This document shows positions 61,864 to 64,000 of a DNA stretch of 64,000 nt, piece by piece (the stretch's first letter is position 1; every line of letters starts with the position of its first letter). The translations under genes and the position numbers were made by a program. The notes beneath the pieces were generated by a model. It did no database searches. It was not told the DNA's origin and saw only the letters and a program-made list of their open reading frames with translations. Source of the stretch: Fibrobacterota bacterium (lineage in GTDB: Bacteria > Fibrobacterota > Chitinivibrionia > Chitinivibrionales > Chitinispirillaceae); NCBI GenBank assembly GCA_023412475.1, contig JAEYNR010000039.1, positions 30,208 to 94,207 on the forward strand, written 5' to 3'.

Positions 61864-62933
61864 AACTCAATAAGTTCCTTGGGTGCAGAGGTTAAAATAT
61901 CAGCCTTCCTTTCTTTAATTAAAACCATATCTTCGATTCGTACACCACCGAAGTTAGCTATATAAATTCCAGGTTCAATTGTGATAACCATGTTTTGTTT
62001 AAGCAAAGAATCGCTAAGATAGCTGATTCTGGGTTTTTCATGAATTCTTAGACCAACCCCATGGCCCAAAGCATGACCGAAAGCCTCACCAAAACCTGCA
62101 GCCGAAATGGAGGAACGGGCAACATTATCCAGCTCTTTTGATGAGATGCCAGCTCTTGCGCTACTACAGGCACCTTTTTGTGCATTCAGGACAACGTCAT
62201 AAATCTGACGCTGTTTGGAGCTGGCTTTGCCAAACACGAATGTACGGGTCATGTCTGAACAGAATCCATTCACAGTGCAGCCAAAGTCAATTAAAATAAA
62301 ATCACCTTTTTCTAAGCGTCTGCTTCCAGGTCTTCCGTGCGGAAGCGCCGCACGGGAGCCAAAAAGGACGATAGTTTCAAAAGAGGGTTTTTCAGAACCA
62401 AGTTCTCTGCAGAGACATTCCAGCTCTTTAGCTAAAGCAGCTTCAGTTGTTTTTTCTGATATTTTTTGGATTAATTTTTCGAATGCGATATCTCCAATTT
62501 TGGCGGCTTTTCCGATAGAAGCTACCTCAGAGGGGGTCTTTTGCAAAAAAAGCTCCGAAATCTCAGAAGACAGTTTTATAAACCTGACACTTTTTCCGGA
62601 TGCAGTTAACTCATCGAATTTTTCGACGGTAAGATCGTTGGCCTGAAACCCGCATATGCTTTCCTGAGGTAGAAAAGAGCAAATGGAATTAAAAAGGTTT
62701 TCTTTGACCATCTGAAATTCCCAGAGAGGATTTTTGCTGCAAAATGATTGAGCTGCTTCATTATATCTGAAATCAGAGAAGAGCAGATTTTTATGCTGGG
62801 AGATCAGTATCAGAGCATTGGAAGAGCGAAATCCACTCAGATACTCTACATCTATCAGATCGGTTATCAGGAGATGAGTAAGAGCTTTATCTTTAAGAAG
62901 CTTCTTCACCGATTCTAATCTTGAGTTTTGCAC
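61860..62933 (-). CDS. Xaa-Pro aminopeptidase (M24B family)
   Basis: Creatinase-like N-domain plus the pita-bread fold with HALGHGVGLRIHEKP, ITIEPGIY and VRIEDMV. Confidence 0.9.
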   Translation of the reverse strand: MQNSRLESVKKLLKDKALTHLLITDLIDVEYLSGFRSSNALILISQHKNLLFSDFRYNEAAQSFCSKNPLWEFQMVKENLFNSICSFLPQESICGFQANDLTVEKFDELTASGKSVRFIKLSSEISELFLQKTPSEVASIGKAAKIGDIAFEKLIQKISEKTTEAALAKELECLCRELGSEKPSFETIVLFGSRAALPHGRPGSRRLEKGDFILIDFGCTVNGFCSDMTRTFVFGKASSKQRQIYDVVLNAQKGACSSARAGISSKELDNVARSSISAAGFGEAFGHALGHGVGLRIHEKPRISYLSDSLLKQNMVITIEPGIYIANFGGVRIEDMVLIKERKADILTSAPKELIEL

Positions 62934-62939
62934 AGACCC

Positions 62940-63995
62940 TCACTTTGATTTTGTACGGTTTGCGTTGCCGCTTTTTCGCTTTTTAATACGCACACCTGCC
63001 AGAGGCCGATTGTCAACTACTGTTTTTCTCTTTTTTTTCGGGGAGCTTGCGGATGCAGTCTTTTTGGCGGTTTGATTATCCGAGGAGAGATTGTTGTTGG
63101 AAATATCGGCAGGCGATTCCAATAGCTGATTTAGTTTTTGTTGAAGGGTTTCGTTATCCGGATCACGCGAAAGAAGTCTTCGGTAGATCTGAATAGCCAG
63201 ATCATATTGTCCCTGCTGGAAATAGATATCAGCAAGAGTGGGTGTCAGTACATGATCAGGGATGCTGTAAGGCCTGCACCCTTCATCTGCTTCCTGTACA
63301 GGTTCCTGATCTAAAGAGATGTTTTCATTAAAGATTTTTTCCACACCTTCCTGAACTTTTTCCTTGAAGGTATGATTAGTGTTCTGGTCTTGTAAACTGC
63401 AGACATCATTCCATTCATCGTAAAAAGAGAGTGGTCTATCTGACTGTTCAGGGATGCTCATTTCGAGCTGATCCAGTTTGTCGAGTCCTTCAACACTTTT
63501 AGTGTTTGCCGCATTATCTCCAAATATGTTATAGAAATCTGCCAGTACGTCTTCACTTTCATTGTCATCGGCAGGTAAAAGTTCAGAATCAGTATTGATA
63601 AGATCCTTGCCGGGGAAGAATTGCTCAAGCCGGTCCATAACATCCTGGCCATTAATTATGGAGGTGACCTCCTGTTCATTGTCACCGAGATCGCTGGCAG
63701 GTTCAGGTTCAAGGCCATTGCTTATGATATCTATTGAAACATCATCAGTTGAAAAAGTCTGTTGCGGTGATGAAAAATTTTCGACTTGCGTAAAGGGTTC
63801 GGGATCACTGGTGGCTGAAAGATCCTGGTCCAGATTACCAGGAGTATCATCAATTGAAGAGATCAGAGAAGGTGAAACGGTATTTTGGGTGGCCGGGAAA
63901 TTTTCAAGAGAAGTTACTTCTGAAGAATTCTTTTCATCTGAAAAAAGAACATCCATTTTTTCCACGATATCATCACCGGAAACCGATTCGAGCAT
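62940..63995 (-). CDS. Hypothetical acidic protein with C-terminal TPR-like motif and basic tail (the reading frame stays open to the window edge)
   Basis: D/E/S-rich N-terminal ~250 aa, then ADIYFQQGQYDLAIQIYRRLLSRDPDN (TPR-like), then a K/R-rich tail (KKRKTVV...IKKRKSGNANRTKSK). Confidence 0.45.
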   Translation of the reverse strand: MLESVSGDDIVEKMDVLFSDEKNSSEVTSLENFPATQNTVSPSLISSIDDTPGNLDQDLSATSDPEPFTQVENFSSPQQTFSTDDVSIDIISNGLEPEPASDLGDNEQEVTSIINGQDVMDRLEQFFPGKDLINTDSELLPADDNESEDVLADFYNIFGDNAANTKSVEGLDKLDQLEMSIPEQSDRPLSFYDEWNDVCSLQDQNTNHTFKEKVQEGVEKIFNENISLDQEPVQEADEGCRPYSIPDHVLTPTLADIYFQQGQYDLAIQIYRRLLSRDPDNETLQQKLNQLLESPADISNNNLSSDNQTAKKTASASSPKKKRKTVVDNRPLAGVRIKKRKSGNANRTKSK

Positions 63996-64000
63996 CTCGT

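Overview
AT-rich bacterial chromosome segment (sampled lines about 27-42% GC by eye) that spans the replication origin. The origin neighbourhood runs parA-parB, rsmG, mnmG, mnmE, yidC, yidD, rnpA, rpmH on the minus strand. It diverges from dnaA, dnaN, (inserted gene), recF, DUF721/DciA-like, gyrB, surE, gyrA on the plus strand. Four DnaA boxes sit in the dnaA-dnaN spacer and two parS sites flank mnmG. The left third holds mfd (5' partial), two SurA/parvulin-like chaperones, a methyltransferase, an orphan ftsE, and a ~17 kb surface-polysaccharide locus at 5.7-22.7 kb. That locus encodes a sugar dehydrogenase, a uronate epimerase, a Wza-like exporter, 7 glycosyltransferases, a Wzy-like polymerase, a Wzz-like protein, an aminotransferase, a cupin and 2 acetyltransferases. 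Next come a small OMP, a CoA-binding protein, glycogen phosphorylase, rimI, and a bactofilin + M23 peptidase pair fused to the parAB operon. The right third carries a TonB-dependent receptor / YfiR(DUF4154)-like / MCP operon, small OMP and repeat proteins, a GC-rich 21-bp tandem repeat array, and a GH5-CBM6 cellulase with a T9SS C-terminal sorting domain. It ends with a Bcp peroxiredoxin, a STAS-like protein, a lipoprotein, pilT, an M24 aminopeptidase and an acidic TPR protein. The T9SS tail suggests an FCB-superphylum organism; this is inference, and I cannot name the taxon. I found no rRNA, tRNA, CRISPR, prophage, transposase or recognisable defence system. The most system-like candidates for novelty are the TBDR-YfiR-like-MCP triad and the parAB-M23-bactofilin operon. 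Most of the window is ordinary core genome.
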